Origin: Chitinophagaceae bacterium
GTDB lineage: Bacteria; Bacteroidota; Bacteroidia; Chitinophagales; Chitinophagaceae
Assembly (NCBI GenBank): GCA_035318845.1
Contig: DATHDV010000213.1
Span: forward strand, 267 to 64,266
Reading direction: 5' to 3'
Length of the DNA: 64,000 nt
Below the pieces are notes generated by a model. It was not told where the DNA came from, searched no databases, and was given only the letters and a program-made list of their open reading frames with translations. A program made the translations under genes and the position numbers. This document shows positions 1-11,117 of the stretch, in pieces (position 1 is the stretch's first letter; each line of letters begins with the position of its first letter).

Positions 1-731
1 TTTACTTTTCCGAATACTCCTTTCTTTTTATCTTTTTTTAATTTCAGGTTGATGGTCTTTTCATAATTGCCGTCATCAAAGCCGGTCAGTTGTGCCTGGT
101 CGCTTTGTTTATCATAGACCTGCACTTTGTCCACAGCATCAGCCGGTAAATTTTTAGTTGCGATCTTGGGATCGTTTCCAAAAAATTCTTTCCCGTCCAC
201 CAATACCCTGTTCACTTTTTCTCCCTGGGCCTTGATCGTTCCGTCTTTTTCCACTTTCACACCCGGTAATTTCTTTAGCAGCTGTTCCACATTGGCGTTG
301 GGCGGCACTTTAAAAGAGCCGGCATTGTATTGGACCGTGTCATTGATCAATGTAACAGGTGGTTCTTCGTTCCTTGCTATTACTTCTGCCAATACCTTAG
401 CCTTATCATTCATCACCACGTTCCCAAGCTCTGCATTTTTATTATTATCAGAAATGCTGAAGAAGATATTGCTCGTATGATAGTTGACATGTGTTATCAT
501 CAGCCGGTATTCACCATTGGGAATACCTTTGAGTTCGAACCGGCCATCATTGCCCGTCATACTGAAAGTGACCAGGGAAGAATCTTTCCTTTCCAGAATA
601 GTGATGGTGGCAGCGGCAACAGGTTGTTTGCTGATCGTATCAAAAGCAAGTCCTTTTACAACGCCGTTCTTTTGCGCCGGTAAAACCGTGGTAAAACAAG
701 CCGACAATAAAACCAGGTAAATTTTTCTCAT
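1..731 (-). CDS. Outer-membrane beta-barrel / TonB-dependent-receptor-like protein with N-terminal carboxypeptidase-regulatory-like domain; 5' part only, runs off the window
   Basis: Manual translation from ATG at 731 gives MRKIYLVLLSACFTTVLPAQKNG...[30 protein letters not shown]...KTINLKLKKDKKKG. It is open to position 1 and clearly paralogous to 1423-4386. Absent from the ORF track because it has no stop in the window. Confidence 0.85.
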   Translation of the reverse strand, partial: MRKIYLVLLSACFTTVLPAQKNGVVKGLAFDTISKQPVAAATITILERKDSSLVTFSMTGNDGRFELKGIPNGEYRLMITHVNYHTSNIFFSISDNNKNAELGNVVMNDKAKVLAEVIARNEEPPVTLINDTVQYNAGSFKVPPNANVEQLLKKLPGVKVEKDGTIKAQGEKVNRVLVDGKEFFGNDPKIATKNLPADAVDKVQVYDKQSDQAQLTGFDDGNYEKTINLKLKKDKKKGVFGKV

Positions 732-821
732 AACTATTTCATTTCGGCTACGAAAATATTCTTAGCCTTCGGCAATATGGGTTAACAGGGCTTGGTTTAA
801 TGTTAATCAAGGTTAAAAAAT

Positions 822-879
822 GAGTCGGGAGTTATGAGTTAGGAGTTTGGAGCCGTTTAGTTTTGGACTGACTCTCGAA
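822..879. repeat. Degenerate ~7-bp periodic repeat arm (TGAGTCGGGAGTTATGAGTTAGGAGTTTGGAG)
   Basis: Heptamer periodicity visible in an intergenic position. Confidence 0.5.
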
Positions 880-976
880 CTTTGTGTCCTTAGTGCAATA
901 CTTTGTGTTCTTTGTGGTACAAAAATACAGGGAACACGAAGCACACAAAGAAAAATACAGCACAAAGAACACTAAG
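880..976. repeat. 9-bp-periodic inverted-repeat element (CTTTGTGTCCTTAGTG...CACAAAGAACACTAAG)
   Basis: CACAAAGAACACTAAG recurs exactly at 57613-57628; CTTTGTGTCCTT recurs at 58150-58161. Confidence 0.8.
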
Positions 977-1182
977 ATATGGTTAGGTTGCTACATGCGG
1001 ATAGCCACTTTAAACAATTGAAAAGACGATCAGCCATAGTAATAAGAACAAGTGGTTTTACGGATTTTGCTTCTGCCCAGGTTCTAATGGGTCAATAATT
1101 GACGCCAATACTATGAATTTTTACGTTTTTTAAATACTTTTAAGCTTGCTCTTTCGTTAACCCTTTTTAAAACTCTCCTATT

Positions 1183-1344
1183 ATGAAAAACAGACATCTT
1201 ATCCATTCACACCAGTCGGCAAAGATCTACCGTCATTATTACAAACCTTCGTTTAATATTATTCGTTTGCTGAAATCGGTATTGTCGGTTCTGATCTCCG
1301 GGTCATCCCATGTTGCGATATCGCATCACCACAAAAGAAAATAG
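1183..1344 (+). CDS. Possible 53-aa His/basic small protein
   Basis: ATG at 1183 to TAG at 1344 after an AT-rich leader: MKNRHLIHSHQSAKIYRHYYKPSFNIIRLLKSVLSVLISGSSHVAISHHHKRK. No homology evidence. Confidence 0.25.
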   Translation: MKNRHLIHSHQSAKIYRHYYKPSFNIIRLLKSVLSVLISGSSHVAISHHHKRK

Positions 1345-1422
1345 TTTTTTACTGACCCCTTAACATAGTAAATGTCTTTCAGCAGTGAAAGACATTTTTT
1401 ATTCATTCTAAAAAAGGGACGT

Positions 1423-4386
1423 TTAGTACATTCTCATGTTCCGGATATTCCTTTCCATGAATTTCGGCATGCCGGGCATTCCCTGTTGATTATTGTTCTT
1501 TCCGCCCATCCGGTTCAGGTTGAACAGGAAGCTTACCATAAAGTAGCGTTTCAGCACCATGCTCCGCACATCTTCAATATAGTTGTCACCACTGTTGCGG
1601 GTGATACTCTGGTTCTGGTTCAGGATATCATTGATTGAAAATTTGATCTCGCCATTCTTCTTTTTAAATAATTGCTTGCTCATGCTGGCATTCCATAAGG
1701 GTACGCTCTGGTTATAACCATCCGTACGTCCTGAATTAATATAATAATCTATATCCGTGGACAGGATGAATCCTTTTTTGGAAGTATAGGATATATCTGC
1801 AGAATAGGTTTGTGAAAAGTAATGATCATTCTGTGCAACACTTACAGTGTTATTTATACTGTAGTACGACAAGCTTGCATTGGCCGACAGGTCCCACATA
1901 TCTTTCAGGCTGAAATTAGCGCCAGCAGTTTGCGTCAGGGTCAGGGTCTTGCCAATATTTTTTTGCTTGTACAATTCACTTACATCCCGGTTAAAGAGAG
2001 CCAGCGTGGTGAAGTTGAGGCTGGAGCCTTTCAATTTTTTATTTTTAAATGGCAGCCCGATCGTGAAAAATGATGTGGTTGTAAAGGCACCATTCATATT
2101 TACAGGTTTTGTAAGTTGTATAAGGGAATCGCTCTTTTTCCCTGTCAGGGAAGCAAGGTTATCGATACTGTTTACAATTTTATTGCGGGTAGTGCTGAAA
2201 CTTAAATTAGCTGCCAGGAATTTAAAAGTAAGGATATTAAATGTATTGTAAGTAGCCGTAAAGTTGTGTGTGAACTCCTGGTTCAATTCAGGGTTGCCGA
2301 TCTTTACATATAAAGGGTTGGAAACATCCAGTACGTTCTGCAATTGCGAAACAGAGGGCTGGTTGGTCCTGCCGCGATAATTGATACGTACTCCTTTAGT
2401 GCGGCTTGGTGTCCAGTTAAAGCTGGCTGTTGGAAAAAAGTTGGTATAGCTTTGTTCGGTAAGAGAATCTTTCCCCGTCATTGCCTGGAAACTGTTGCTT
2501 GTTAAGGTAGCTCTTTGCACACCTACGCCCAACTGGTAATTGTATTTTTTATTTTGCACCCGGAAGTTGGCCCCAAAACGATTAGCAGCAAACCCATTTT
2601 CAAAACTATTGGTGAGCGGCAAATTCGTAATATCATATTTATCCGTTGCGGGATTATAATTGAATGTTTTTTTGTCGGATGTGCTTGCGTTATGTGTATA
2701 CGCATAATTGAACTCAAAGAGTTTGTTCTTGCTGACCGGTTCAGTATAGGAAACACTTATTGTATTGTTATGCGTGCTTGTTTTTTGATTATTCTGCTGG
2801 TTCTGGTTGCTGCTTCCCGATAAGCTGCCATCTGGGTTATAAAACTTTATCGGGGAAATATTATATCCTTCGCTTTTACTGTCTCCGTAGGTATTGCTCC
2901 AGCCGATTGTCAATGTTCTCCCGATATGATGAAATTTTTTCCGGTACAAGAAATTGTTATTGAGGTTTACACCGTCTCTTTCGTTGGTGTTCTTTGTTTT
3001 GCTGACCAGGGCCAGGTAGGCAAAATCTTCCTTGGTATAGTTGGTACTGGAGGTATCCTCGTTCATATTATCAGAATGCTGCAGGGTAAGACTTGGTGTG
3101 TATAAAATTGAGTTCATGGAATCTATCTGGTATTCCAGTCTTACATTGAAACGATGATTCTGATTTATATTATTCGATGTTGAATTTTTTGTTGTGTAAG
3201 AGATCGTATCATGAATGATCGTTGCCTGGCGGAATGTGTTTTGTTCCTGGTCATTGTCTGTCCTTGAAAAAAAGTAACTGCCGCTGAGTTTCAGTTTTGT
3301 TCCAAATTCATTATTAAAATTGATCCCCGAAGAAAGTGATTTGGTGATACCTGTTGCTGAACTGCCGCCAAATAATCCACTGGGACCGCGGGTTGACATC
3401 ATTTGCATCCCTCCGCCACCAAAACCGCCTCCGCCTCCGCCAAATCCACCGCCGCCACTACCACCACCCGAATTTCCCCCGCCTCCAAAACCACTAAAAC
3501 CACCCATGGAACTGATGATATCGGAAAATGAAAATCCCTGCTTGTTTATATTATTGGCGTTGAAAAGAACGGACAGGCGTTGGTTGCCATTGAATTTATT
3601 AAAGCTCAGATTTCCTTCATAACGGGTGCCATCACCATAACCACCGGCCAGCAATGCCCTTCCAAAAATTCCTTTGTTCTTATCTTTTTTCAATTTAATG
3701 TTTACCGCTTTTTGTTTGCTGCCATCATCTATCTTGGTAAACTTGGCCTGCTCACTCATATCATCAAACACCTGTACACTTTCCACCATATCGGCGGTTA
3801 AATTTTTTGTAGCCAGTTTGGGATCGTTGCCAAAAAATTCTTTCCCGTCCACATAAACTTTCTGCACGGTTTCTCCCTGTGCTTTCACTGTTCCGTCTTT
3901 ATCCACCTGCATGCCGGGAATCTTTTTCAGCAGGTCTTCCACCGTTGCATTGGGTTTTGTTTTAAATGCATCGGCCCTGAATTGTATAGTATCTTCTTTA
4001 ATAATAACCGGAGCATCATTGGTCACTACCACCCCGGTCAACGTTTTATATTCTTTTTGCACCTGCAGGTCACCAAGGTTAATAGCTTTTGCGGTTGCTG
4101 TAATGGAAACTGTTTTTTTGAAGGTTTCAAAACCGAGATGGGAGATCACTAATTGATAGTCCCCTTCTTCCAGGCCTTTTATTTCAAAAACTCCCTGCTT
4201 GTTAGATAGTGTAAAAGTTGCAAGTGAAGAATCTTTGCTGCTGATAACAGAAACAGTTGCCTCGCTGATAGGTTGTTTAGCGGCCGTATCCAGCAGTTTT
4301 CCTTTTATACTTCCATCGGTCTTCTGAGCCCATGAAGAAATGGAGAAAGTGAGTACCAACAGAGATAAGGTAAAAATTTTCTTCAT
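1423..4386 (-). CDS. Outer-membrane beta-barrel family protein (carboxypeptidase-regulatory-like N-domain, plug-like domain, OMP beta-barrel)
   Basis: 987 aa with signal peptide, [18 protein letters not shown] motif, Gly-rich linker and C-terminal [11 protein letters not shown] beta-strand. Confidence 0.85.
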   Translation of the reverse strand: MKKIFTLSLLVLTFSISSWAQKTDGSIKGKLLDTAAKQPISEATVSVISSKDSSLATFTLSNKQGVFEIKGLEEGDYQLVISHLGFETFKKTVSITATAKAINLGDLQVQKEYKTLTGVVVTNDAPVIIKEDTIQFRADAFKTKPNATVEDLLKKIPGMQVDKDGTVKAQGETVQKVYVDGKEFFGNDPKLATKNLTADMVESVQVFDDMSEQAKFTKIDDGSKQKAVNIKLKKDKNKGIFGRALLAGGYGDGTRYEGNLSFNKFNGNQRLSVLFNANNINKQGFSFSDIISSMGGFSGFGGGGNSGGGSGGGGFGGGGGGFGGGGMQMMSTRGPSGLFGGSSATGITKSLSSGINFNNEFGTKLKLSGSYFFSRTDNDQEQNTFRQATIIHDTISYTTKNSTSNNINQNHRFNVRLEYQIDSMNSILYTPSLTLQHSDNMNEDTSSTNYTKEDFAYLALVSKTKNTNERDGVNLNNNFLYRKKFHHIGRTLTIGWSNTYGDSKSEGYNISPIKFYNPDGSLSGSSNQNQQNNQKTSTHNNTISVSYTEPVSKNKLFEFNYAYTHNASTSDKKTFNYNPATDKYDITNLPLTNSFENGFAANRFGANFRVQNKKYNYQLGVGVQRATLTSNSFQAMTGKDSLTEQSYTNFFPTASFNWTPSRTKGVRINYRGRTNQPSVSQLQNVLDVSNPLYVKIGNPELNQEFTHNFTATYNTFNILTFKFLAANLSFSTTRNKIVNSIDNLASLTGKKSDSLIQLTKPVNMNGAFTTTSFFTIGLPFKNKKLKGSSLNFTTLALFNRDVSELYKQKNIGKTLTLTQTAGANFSLKDMWDLSANASLSYYSINNTVSVAQNDHYFSQTYSADISYTSKKGFILSTDIDYYINSGRTDGYNQSVPLWNASMSKQLFKKKNGEIKFSINDILNQNQSITRNSGDNYIEDVRSMVLKRYFMVSFLFNLNRMGGKNNNQQGMPGMPKFMERNIRNMRMY

Positions 4387-4497
4387 ATTCGGAGAAATAG
4401 GTGTACGAAAATAGACGTAAAAACCGGGAACTTCCTTCGAAAAAGGGTTAAATTTCAGGGGAAAGGGGTGAATTATAGTATTCTCCCTGGGAATGGC

Positions 4498-7400
4498 TTA
4501 GCTAAAAAGGTATTCCACATCTTCCCTCGTCAGCGCCTTCACAAACGAAGCATCGTCTGAAATGATATCTTTTGCCAATGCCCGTTTCTTTTCCTGGAGT
4601 TGAAGTATTTTATCTTCAATCGTATCCTTGCAGATCATACGGTAGGCAAATATGTTTTTGGTTTGCCCGATACGATGTGTCCGGTCAATGGCCTGTTGCT
4701 CCACGGCCGGGTTCCACCAGGGGTCAACGATGTACACATAATCAGCAGCGGTAAGATTCAAACCCACACCACCTGCCTTCAGTGAAATAAGGAACACTCT
4801 TATATCGTCATTGTTCTGGAAGCTGTCAATAGCGGTTTGTCTATCCGGGGCTGATGTGCTACCGTCAAAATATTCATATTTGATTCCCAGTTCTTCCAGT
4901 TTTTCTTTTATTAAAGCAAGCATTCCCAAAAACTGCGAAAAGATCAAAGCCTTATGGTTACCCATATCCTCACTTAATTCTCTTGCCAGCTCATCTAATT
5001 TGATAGAGTGGTTGTCAAATTTTTCCTGTTCATTCAATATCGCCGGTGAGTCGCAGATCTGCCGCAGTTTCATCAATCCCTGCAAAATAGTAAGCTGTGA
5101 TTTTTGTATGCCTTGCGTTTCTATGGTCCCCAATATCTGGTTGCGGAAATCATTGCGGTAGGCATCATAGATGTTCCGCTGCTCTTCTTCCATTTCACAG
5201 AATAAAATGATCTCCTGTTTTTCGGGAAGGTCTTTTGCCACCTGTTCTTTTGTTCTTCTTAAAATAAATGGATAAAGAATTTTTCTAAGGTGGTCTTTCC
5301 TGTCTTTGTCGCCAAACTTATCAATGGGGATGGAAAACTCCTGCCGGAAAAACTCCATCGTGCCCAGCATGCCCGGGTTCAGGAAATTCATTTGTGCAAA
5401 AATGTCAAACGTATTATTCTGCAGCGGCGTTCCGCTCATACACAGGCGGTTCTTTGCTTTTAATAACCCAGCTGCCCTTGTTACTTTGCTCGAAGGGTTT
5501 TTGATGGCCTGGCTTTCATCCAGTATCACATAATCAAACTCAACGCTCATCAGCAGCTTTATGTCGCTGCGCAAAGTACCATAGGTTGTAATCGTGATAT
5601 CATGATCCAGCAGTTCTTCTTTTATTCTTGTTCTTACAGCTCCATGATGAATTCTCCATGTTAACTTGGGTGTGAATTTTTTTATTTCATTCTCCCAGTT
5701 ATAGATCAGCGTGGTGGGACAAACAACCAGTGCCTTTATACTGCCGATCTCTTTTTTATAATATTCAAGAAAGGATAATGCCTGCACCGTTTTACCCAAA
5801 CCCATATCATCCGCCAGTATGCCGCCCCATTTAATGTCTTTCAGGTAATTCAACCATTGATAGCCCGATACCTGGTAGGGCCGCAATATCATTTTCAAAG
5901 CATAGGGCGGATCGATCTCTTTTATTTTATTAAACTCTTTGAGGTTTTCATATTTTTCTTCCAGGTTCACCATCAGTTCTTCTTCATTCCTCGTTTCATA
6001 TAATTCGTCGATCACACTTAAATGATAGCGGGATAGTTTCAGCGAATCGGTCTTGCCTTCACCTACGCGGAATAACAAAGAATATTTTTTTAACCATTCT
6101 TCCGGTAAAATGCCGAGAGTGCCGTCATTCAGTTGCACAAACTGCTGTTTATTGGCCAATGCCCGTTTCACTTCAGCCACCGTTACTTTCTGGTCGCCAA
6201 AAAGGATATCCACTTTAGCGTCAAACCAATCTGTATTGCTGCTGATGAAGATCTTTGTTTGTGGTTTGGCGGTATTGAAGCGGAAATTTTTTAATGCCTC
6301 AAAACCAAACACAGGCGTCTTCATCTCTTTCATCGCATCTACAAACAAAAAGAACCAGTTGTTTTTCAGCACATCCGTTCCTTTTAATACCAGGGAGGAT
6401 GAATCTTCATTGTATACAAAACCAGAATGAAGGTTTTGTATTTTTTGGAGGAATTCATTTTCCTTTTCCCGGTTACGATGAACGATCAGGACCTTATCGC
6501 CCTGCGGCACTATCAATTCGTCCCTGTCCTTTGCTCTTGTTTCATAACCTTTATACGAGAAAGATGGCTGAAAGACGAGGTAATCTCCTTTTTCCAGCAA
6601 AAACAATTTTACATCCGGGTTTCCATCTTTTATTTCCTGTACCATCGACCTGTCAAAATCCACCTTGTGCTCTTTGGCCAAAGGCAAAATGAATTGATTC
6701 AATGATTGGCTCCATTCTTCTGCCGGCACATTCATTTTTCCTCCCGGCAAAAATTTGTCTATTAAATGAATTACATCATTGCTCTTCCAGAGGTAGATCT
6801 GGTGATTATATAAAAAGAAAAGCGGGCTGTTACTTTCATTATCAGCAAGATCATATTCAATACCGCCGGCATTTACCCTGCACTGAATGGTATAATGCGA
6901 GTTCTTTTTAATAATAAAATGAGGCCTTGCTTCTTCCGCCTGCAATTGTAGCTGTAGGAGGTTAACTGTTTTAAATGGCTTTTTGTCCGGCAGCAGGAAT
7001 ACAAACGGGTTGTCTGCTGATTCGGTAAAGATCTTTTTCAGTTTGGGCAACAGGTACTCAGCCATCAGTTCTTTCGTTTCATCGGGCAGATCATCTTCTT
7101 CCTGGTGAATGATATTTTCCCAGATGCCTGAAAAAGGCGAGTTGCGGTTGATGTATTTATTAATTTCCGGTTCCTGCAGTTTGCGCAGGGATGTAAGCAG
7201 GTTTTTATCTTCTTCTGAAAGCGTATCTGTATTTACATACCTGCTGATATCTGTTTTTTCAACTTTCCCGGTAAAGGCATTATTATTTTCATTGGGTTCG
7301 CCAATAACAACATCAACGGTAAAATGGGGATAGTTTTTTTTACCGAAATTAAAAACGATGCCCAGTCTTTGCGAAGACCTCGCCACTTCTGCTTCCATGA

Positions 7401-8259
7401 CCTGCGGCGATTCAATTTCTTTTTCTCTGATGGGAAGGAATACCGTTTTTTCCGGAATTGCCGAAGGGGCCACTCTTTTGATACCGGGATCCATGACTCT
7501 CAAAAAAGGTTTGCCATCTTTATATACAAATTCAAATTTTCCTTTCAGGTCATCGCTTAAGGAATACCCGTAGGCTTCCAGCAATTTATTTTTTTCTTTA
7601 TCCCAGTTGCGGATGCTATCGAAATAATTGGGGCCGTAATTATTCATCAGTTGCAGCAATACGATCACTTTGGGCAGGCAGAGCGGGTGTTCTTTATCCT
7701 CGTAATCACAACTGGTATCAAAATTCCTTTCATCATTTTTCCGGATAATTACTTTGCAGGATTGCCCGTTCACATTCACCAATGCTTTCACCGTTTCATT
7801 CCCTGCATATTCAATGGAAGCCTTGTTTGTTCTCAGGAATCTTTCTGCTTCTTCAAACACTTCGGGTGAAGAAAAAAGCCGCAGGCTCTTCAGGTCGATT
7901 GTTTTCATCTTGACAACCGTATGCCGCTGGTCATACTGTATATGATCTGCCTGCAGGTGACCGCGGTCGATCAGCTCCTGCAGTTGAAATAATGCTGCTG
8001 CTTCATGGCGGCAGATATCACCCAGGTTATACGGGCATCCGCAGCGAAGCGATGTGGCTTTGGGGTCTTTGAATTTTTGAATATAAACTTTATAATACGT
8101 GGCATAGCTATCATCTTTTACCCGGAACACCGCGGAGCCAAAGAGGTCATCATATTCCACCAGTTCTACATAACCAATGGCATGTATTTTTTTTCCCCGG
8201 CGGATCACTTCATCCGTGCCATGTGTGTAAACATATTTAATAAGGTGCGGTAATGCCAT
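4498..8259 (-). CDS. SWIM zinc-finger SNF2-family helicase/ATPase
   Basis: SWIM CGCPYNLGDICRH; motif I LADDMGLGKT; DESQ; SGTPLQN; LKAGGVGLNLTAAD; QAIDRTHRIGQ. Start moved to ATG 8259 (MALPH). Confidence 0.93.
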   Translation of the reverse strand: MALPHLIKYVYTHGTDEVIRRGKKIHAIGYVELVEYDDLFGSAVFRVKDDSYATYYKVYIQKFKDPKATSLRCGCPYNLGDICRHEAAALFQLQELIDRGHLQADHIQYDQRHTVVKMKTIDLKSLRLFSSPEVFEEAERFLRTNKASIEYAGNETVKALVNVNGQSCKVIIRKNDERNFDTSCDYEDKEHPLCLPKVIVLLQLMNNYGPNYFDSIRNWDKEKNKLLEAYGYSLSDDLKGKFEFVYKDGKPFLRVMDPGIKRVAPSAIPEKTVFLPIREKEIESPQVMEAEVARSSQRLGIVFNFGKKNYPHFTVDVVIGEPNENNNAFTGKVEKTDISRYVNTDTLSEEDKNLLTSLRKLQEPEINKYINRNSPFSGIWENIIHQEEDDLPDETKELMAEYLLPKLKKIFTESADNPFVFLLPDKKPFKTVNLLQLQLQAEEARPHFIIKKNSHYTIQCRVNAGGIEYDLADNESNSPLFFLYNHQIYLWKSNDVIHLIDKFLPGGKMNVPAEEWSQSLNQFILPLAKEHKVDFDRSMVQEIKDGNPDVKLFLLEKGDYLVFQPSFSYKGYETRAKDRDELIVPQGDKVLIVHRNREKENEFLQKIQNLHSGFVYNEDSSSLVLKGTDVLKNNWFFLFVDAMKEMKTPVFGFEALKNFRFNTAKPQTKIFISSNTDWFDAKVDILFGDQKVTVAEVKRALANKQQFVQLNDGTLGILPEEWLKKYSLLFRVGEGKTDSLKLSRYHLSVIDELYETRNEEELMVNLEEKYENLKEFNKIKEIDPPYALKMILRPYQVSGYQWLNYLKDIKWGGILADDMGLGKTVQALSFLEYYKKEIGSIKALVVCPTTLIYNWENEIKKFTPKLTWRIHHGAVRTRIKEELLDHDITITTYGTLRSDIKLLMSVEFDYVILDESQAIKNPSSKVTRAAGLLKAKNRLCMSGTPLQNNTFDIFAQMNFLNPGMLGTMEFFRQEFSIPIDKFGDKDRKDHLRKILYPFILRRTKEQVAKDLPEKQEIILFCEMEEEQRNIYDAYRNDFRNQILGTIETQGIQKSQLTILQGLMKLRQICDSPAILNEQEKFDNHSIKLDELARELSEDMGNHKALIFSQFLGMLALIKEKLEELGIKYEYFDGSTSAPDRQTAIDSFQNNDDIRVFLISLKAGGVGLNLTAADYVYIVDPWWNPAVEQQAIDRTHRIGQTKNIFAYRMICKDTIEDKILQLQEKKRALAKDIISDDASFVKALTREDVEYLFS

Positions 8260-8267
8260 ATTGTCAA

Positions 8268-8340
8268 TTGGCAATGGGCAATAGGCAATGATTGTCCTTG
8301 TATTGCCCTTTGCCTATTGTCTATTGCAGGTTGCTTATTG
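8268..8340. repeat. Heptamer hairpin element (GGCAATG/GGCAATA...TATTGCC)
   Basis: Tandem GGCAATR arm followed by a complementary TATTGYC arm; same family as the insert in mnmH at 23351-23426. Confidence 0.8.
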
Positions 8341-8356
8341 AAAAAAGGGCAATCGG

Positions 8357-8364
8357 CAAATGTA
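8357..8364 (-). promoter_or_regulatory. Bacteroidota -7 promoter element TACATTTG for the SNF2 gene
   Basis: Matches the TAnnTTTG consensus about 100 nt upstream of the start. Confidence 0.55.
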
Positions 8365-8466
8365 AAAGAATGTGAAGCGGATTTCCTTGGAAAATGGGAT
8401 AAATAAAAAATAATTTTTATTGAGGAATTGTACAGGAAAAAAGAATTATCTTAGTAGATTTTTTTG

Positions 8467-8524
8467 CCTCTCCTCGAACTACGTTCCTAACCTTCGCTTC
8501 GCTCGGTTACTCCTTCAGAGAGGA
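8467..8524. repeat. Nested palindromic REP-like element (CCTCTC...TAACC-TTCGCTTCGCTC-GGTTA...GAGAGG)
   Basis: Nested stems; the CTTCGCTTCGCTC core recurs at 32128-32140. Confidence 0.6.
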
Positions 8525-8574
8525 ACCACACACAGCCCCAACTTATTTGATGAGTTTTTAATTTTTCGTAACCT

Positions 8575-9318
8575 CTATTTTGCAACCAGCTTCCCGCCGA
8601 TATACACCGGGAGCACATTGGCCACATCGGCCGTAAGACAAAACTTAATGTCTTCGATCAAACCGAATCTTTCTACCAGGCGATGATAGTGAGTAAGCAT
8701 GGGCGCAAAATCAATTAGATTCTTTTGGTGTTTTTCATACATTGTTTCAGCCATCAGCGAACTGTCGCAATGGATAGTGAATTGTTCTTTCAGCCGGTGA
8801 ATTATTGCTCCCGCAAATAATGTGTCTTCCAGGTTGAAGCGGTCTTTCCAGCCGGCACAACCCAATACAACATTTTTTTTCTCTGCCGCTAAAAAGTCAC
8901 AAACGGCGGAAAGATTGGGGAACGAGCCTGCGATAATTGTATCTGCATTGTGATCCAGTGCCATTTGCAATAGCCGGGTGCCATTGGTCGTAGTGAGTAC
9001 CAGTATTTTGTTCTCAACAAATTCACGGCTGTATTCCAATGGCGAATTGCCATGATGTAATCCTTCGGCTATCATGCCGTCTCTTTCTCCCGCAGCTATT
9101 CCGTCGATGCTCTTACTTATCTCGATGGCCTTGGGAACCGAATCAACGGGAATCACACATCTTGCCCCGTTATGTAATGCGGAAGCAATAGTGGACGTGG
9201 CCCGGAAAACATCAATGATGACAACGATGCTGTTGCTAAGATCATATAAATGCAACAAGGCCGTTGAAAGTGAAGTATGAAGGGTGGGCTTATCCACCGG
9301 GTGCTTTGCATTACTCAT
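8575..9318 (-). CDS. comB: 2-phosphosulfolactate phosphatase family protein
   Basis: VVIIDVFRATSTI, AAGERDG, GNSPLE and LTTTNGT motifs. Confidence 0.9.
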   Translation of the reverse strand: MSNAKHPVDKPTLHTSLSTALLHLYDLSNSIVVIIDVFRATSTIASALHNGARCVIPVDSVPKAIEISKSIDGIAAGERDGMIAEGLHHGNSPLEYSREFVENKILVLTTTNGTRLLQMALDHNADTIIAGSFPNLSAVCDFLAAEKKNVVLGCAGWKDRFNLEDTLFAGAIIHRLKEQFTIHCDSSLMAETMYEKHQKNLIDFAPMLTHYHRLVERFGLIEDIKFCLTADVANVLPVYIGGKLVAK

Positions 9319-9371
9319 AGTAGCGGGACAGCAAAAATAGCGGAATGGGAATTAATGGAAGATCCGCCAAC

Positions 9372-9419
9372 CATAGCCTACATAGCCCACCATTTAAATG
9401 GTGGGCTATGTAGGCTATG
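9372..9419. repeat. Perfect 48-bp palindrome
   Basis: CATAGCCTACATAGCCCACCATTT|AAATGGTGGGCTATGTAGGCTATG: exact reverse complement with no loop. Confidence 0.95.
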
Positions 9420-9428
9420 ATTAATCGT

Positions 9429-9905
9429 TTATTTAATTAACAATCTCTTCCATTTCTCACTTTCTGCAAATTCTTTGATAGTTTTATTCCGCTGCTCCAG
9501 CAGTCGCTTCACATAATTGGTCAGGTAAAGGCTGTTGAACCATTGCCCAAGGACACCATAAGGTGATTCAAAATGAAAAAGGTCGATAACAATAGTTCCG
9601 TTTTCACAAGGTTTAAAATGATGTTCATGTTTCATCTCTTTAAAATCTCCCTGGACCTGTTCATCGGTAAACATATCCGGTTTTTTCATGGCTGTGATCT
9701 TTGAACGGAGCAACCTTGTTTTAAAAAAATGCCTTGCCCTCCAGGTTACGGTTTCGTCGTATTCGATCAATCCAAACCTGGTTCCCGCCACGGCCTCTTC
9801 TTTATGCCTGGACATGGATTCTTTATGTACCCCGATATGCCGGCTGAGGTCAAACACCACATGAACGGGGGCTGCAATGAATGTTGTAAGATGAATAGTC
9901 GGCAT
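9429..9905 (-). CDS. SRPBCC (START-like) family protein
   Basis: MPTIHLTTFIAAP..VFDLSR.I..H and FTDEQVQGDFKEMKHEHHF pattern. Confidence 0.85.
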   Translation of the reverse strand: MPTIHLTTFIAAPVHVVFDLSRHIGVHKESMSRHKEEAVAGTRFGLIEYDETVTWRARHFFKTRLLRSKITAMKKPDMFTDEQVQGDFKEMKHEHHFKPCENGTIVIDLFHFESPYGVLGQWFNSLYLTNYVKRLLEQRNKTIKEFAESEKWKRLLIK

Positions 9906-9917
9906 GGTTGTAAATTA

Positions 9918-10000
9918 AAAATTAGAAATGAAAAATACAAATGAGAAGATACTTCGTACACTTCCTCATTTCTCATTCCTTATTTCTTATTTCTCATTCT
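9918..10000. repeat. Heptamer hairpin element (AAATTAG/AAATGAG...CTCATTT/CTTATTT)
   Basis: Tandem 7-mers followed by a complementary arm, directly after the gcvT stop. Confidence 0.75.
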
Positions 10001-11084
10001 AAGTAAAGGGAATCTTCGAAACTTTTGCCTGAAGAAGTTTATCCCTCACTTTGATGTAGATCTCCGAATCAATGGCTGCACAGGATGTAATTACATATCC
10101 CAGGCCAATAGCTTTTCCAAGGCTGGGCGATTGTGTGCCGGAAGTAACATGACCGATCGTTGCTCCGCTATAATCTTTTATCTCATAACCATGCCGTGGT
10201 ATCCCCTTTTCCAGCATTTCAAACCCTACCAGTTTTCTTTCCACTCCTTCTGCTTTTTGTTTGGCAAAAATTTCTTTAGCTGTAAAATCTTTTGTGAACT
10301 TGGTGATCCATCCCAGCCCTGCATCCAGCGGTGATGTGGTATCATCAATATCATTACCGTATAAACAAAAGCCCATCTCAAGTCTTAATGTATCCCTGGC
10401 GCCAAGGCCAACCGGTTTCAATCCTTGCGGAGCACCTGCGGCAAAAATGGCATCCCATATTTTATCAGCCGCCCCGTCTTTATCTTCAAAATAAATTTCA
10501 ACACCGCCCGCACCAGTATATCCTGTTGCGCTGATCAATACGTTGTCCACTCCTGCAAATTTTCCTTTTACAAACGTGTAATATTTCAGGTTCAGTATGT
10601 CCAGGTCGGTCAATGGTTGTAAAATTTTTGTAGCATTCGGACCTTGAATGGCCAAAAGGCAGGTTTTATCGGAGATATTATGCATCTCTGCGTGTTTCTT
10701 ATTGTGATGCTTTATCCAGTTCCAGTCTTTTTCAATATTGGATGCATTTACCACCAGCATATAAACATTATTCTCTTCAATGCAATACACCAGCAGGTCG
10801 TCTACAATTCCTCCCTCATTATTGGGAAGGCAACTGTATTGAGCCTGGCCCGCTTTCAATTTTGCCGCATCATTGCTTGTCACCCGTTGAATAAGATCAA
10901 GCGCATTTTCTCCTTTTAAAATAAATTCTCCCATATGGCTTACATCAAATACGCCGGCATTTTTTCTTACGGCGGCATGTTCATCATTAATTCCGGTATA
11001 ACTGATCGGCATATTGTACCCGGCAAACTCAGCCATTTTGGCTCCAAGAGCAATATGTTTGTGGGTAAATGGAGTATTTTTCAT
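9999..11084 (-). CDS. gcvT: Glycine cleavage system aminomethyltransferase T
   Basis: [32 protein letters not shown] and [13 protein letters not shown] motifs. Confidence 0.97.
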   Translation of the reverse strand: MKNTPFTHKHIALGAKMAEFAGYNMPISYTGINDEHAAVRKNAGVFDVSHMGEFILKGENALDLIQRVTSNDAAKLKAGQAQYSCLPNNEGGIVDDLLVYCIEENNVYMLVVNASNIEKDWNWIKHHNKKHAEMHNISDKTCLLAIQGPNATKILQPLTDLDILNLKYYTFVKGKFAGVDNVLISATGYTGAGGVEIYFEDKDGAADKIWDAIFAAGAPQGLKPVGLGARDTLRLEMGFCLYGNDIDDTTSPLDAGLGWITKFTKDFTAKEIFAKQKAEGVERKLVGFEMLEKGIPRHGYEIKDYSGATIGHVTSGTQSPSLGKAIGLGYVITSCAAIDSEIYIKVRDKLLQAKVSKIPFT

Positions 11085-11106
11085 TTTAATATTTAAAGTT
11101 GCGCTG

Positions 11107-11114
11107 CAAATATA
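11107..11114 (-). promoter_or_regulatory. -7 promoter element TATATTTG for gcvT
   Basis: TAnnTTTG consensus 23 nt upstream of the ATG. Confidence 0.6.
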
Positions 11115-11117
11115 TAC

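Noticed and set aside
127-720. Plus-strand ORFs 127-480, 330-683 and 484-720
   Set aside because: Antisense shadows of the real minus-strand barrel gene that runs off the window
3320-3622. Pro-rich ORF ([11 protein letters not shown])
   Set aside because: Antisense reading of the Gly-rich linker in 1423-4386
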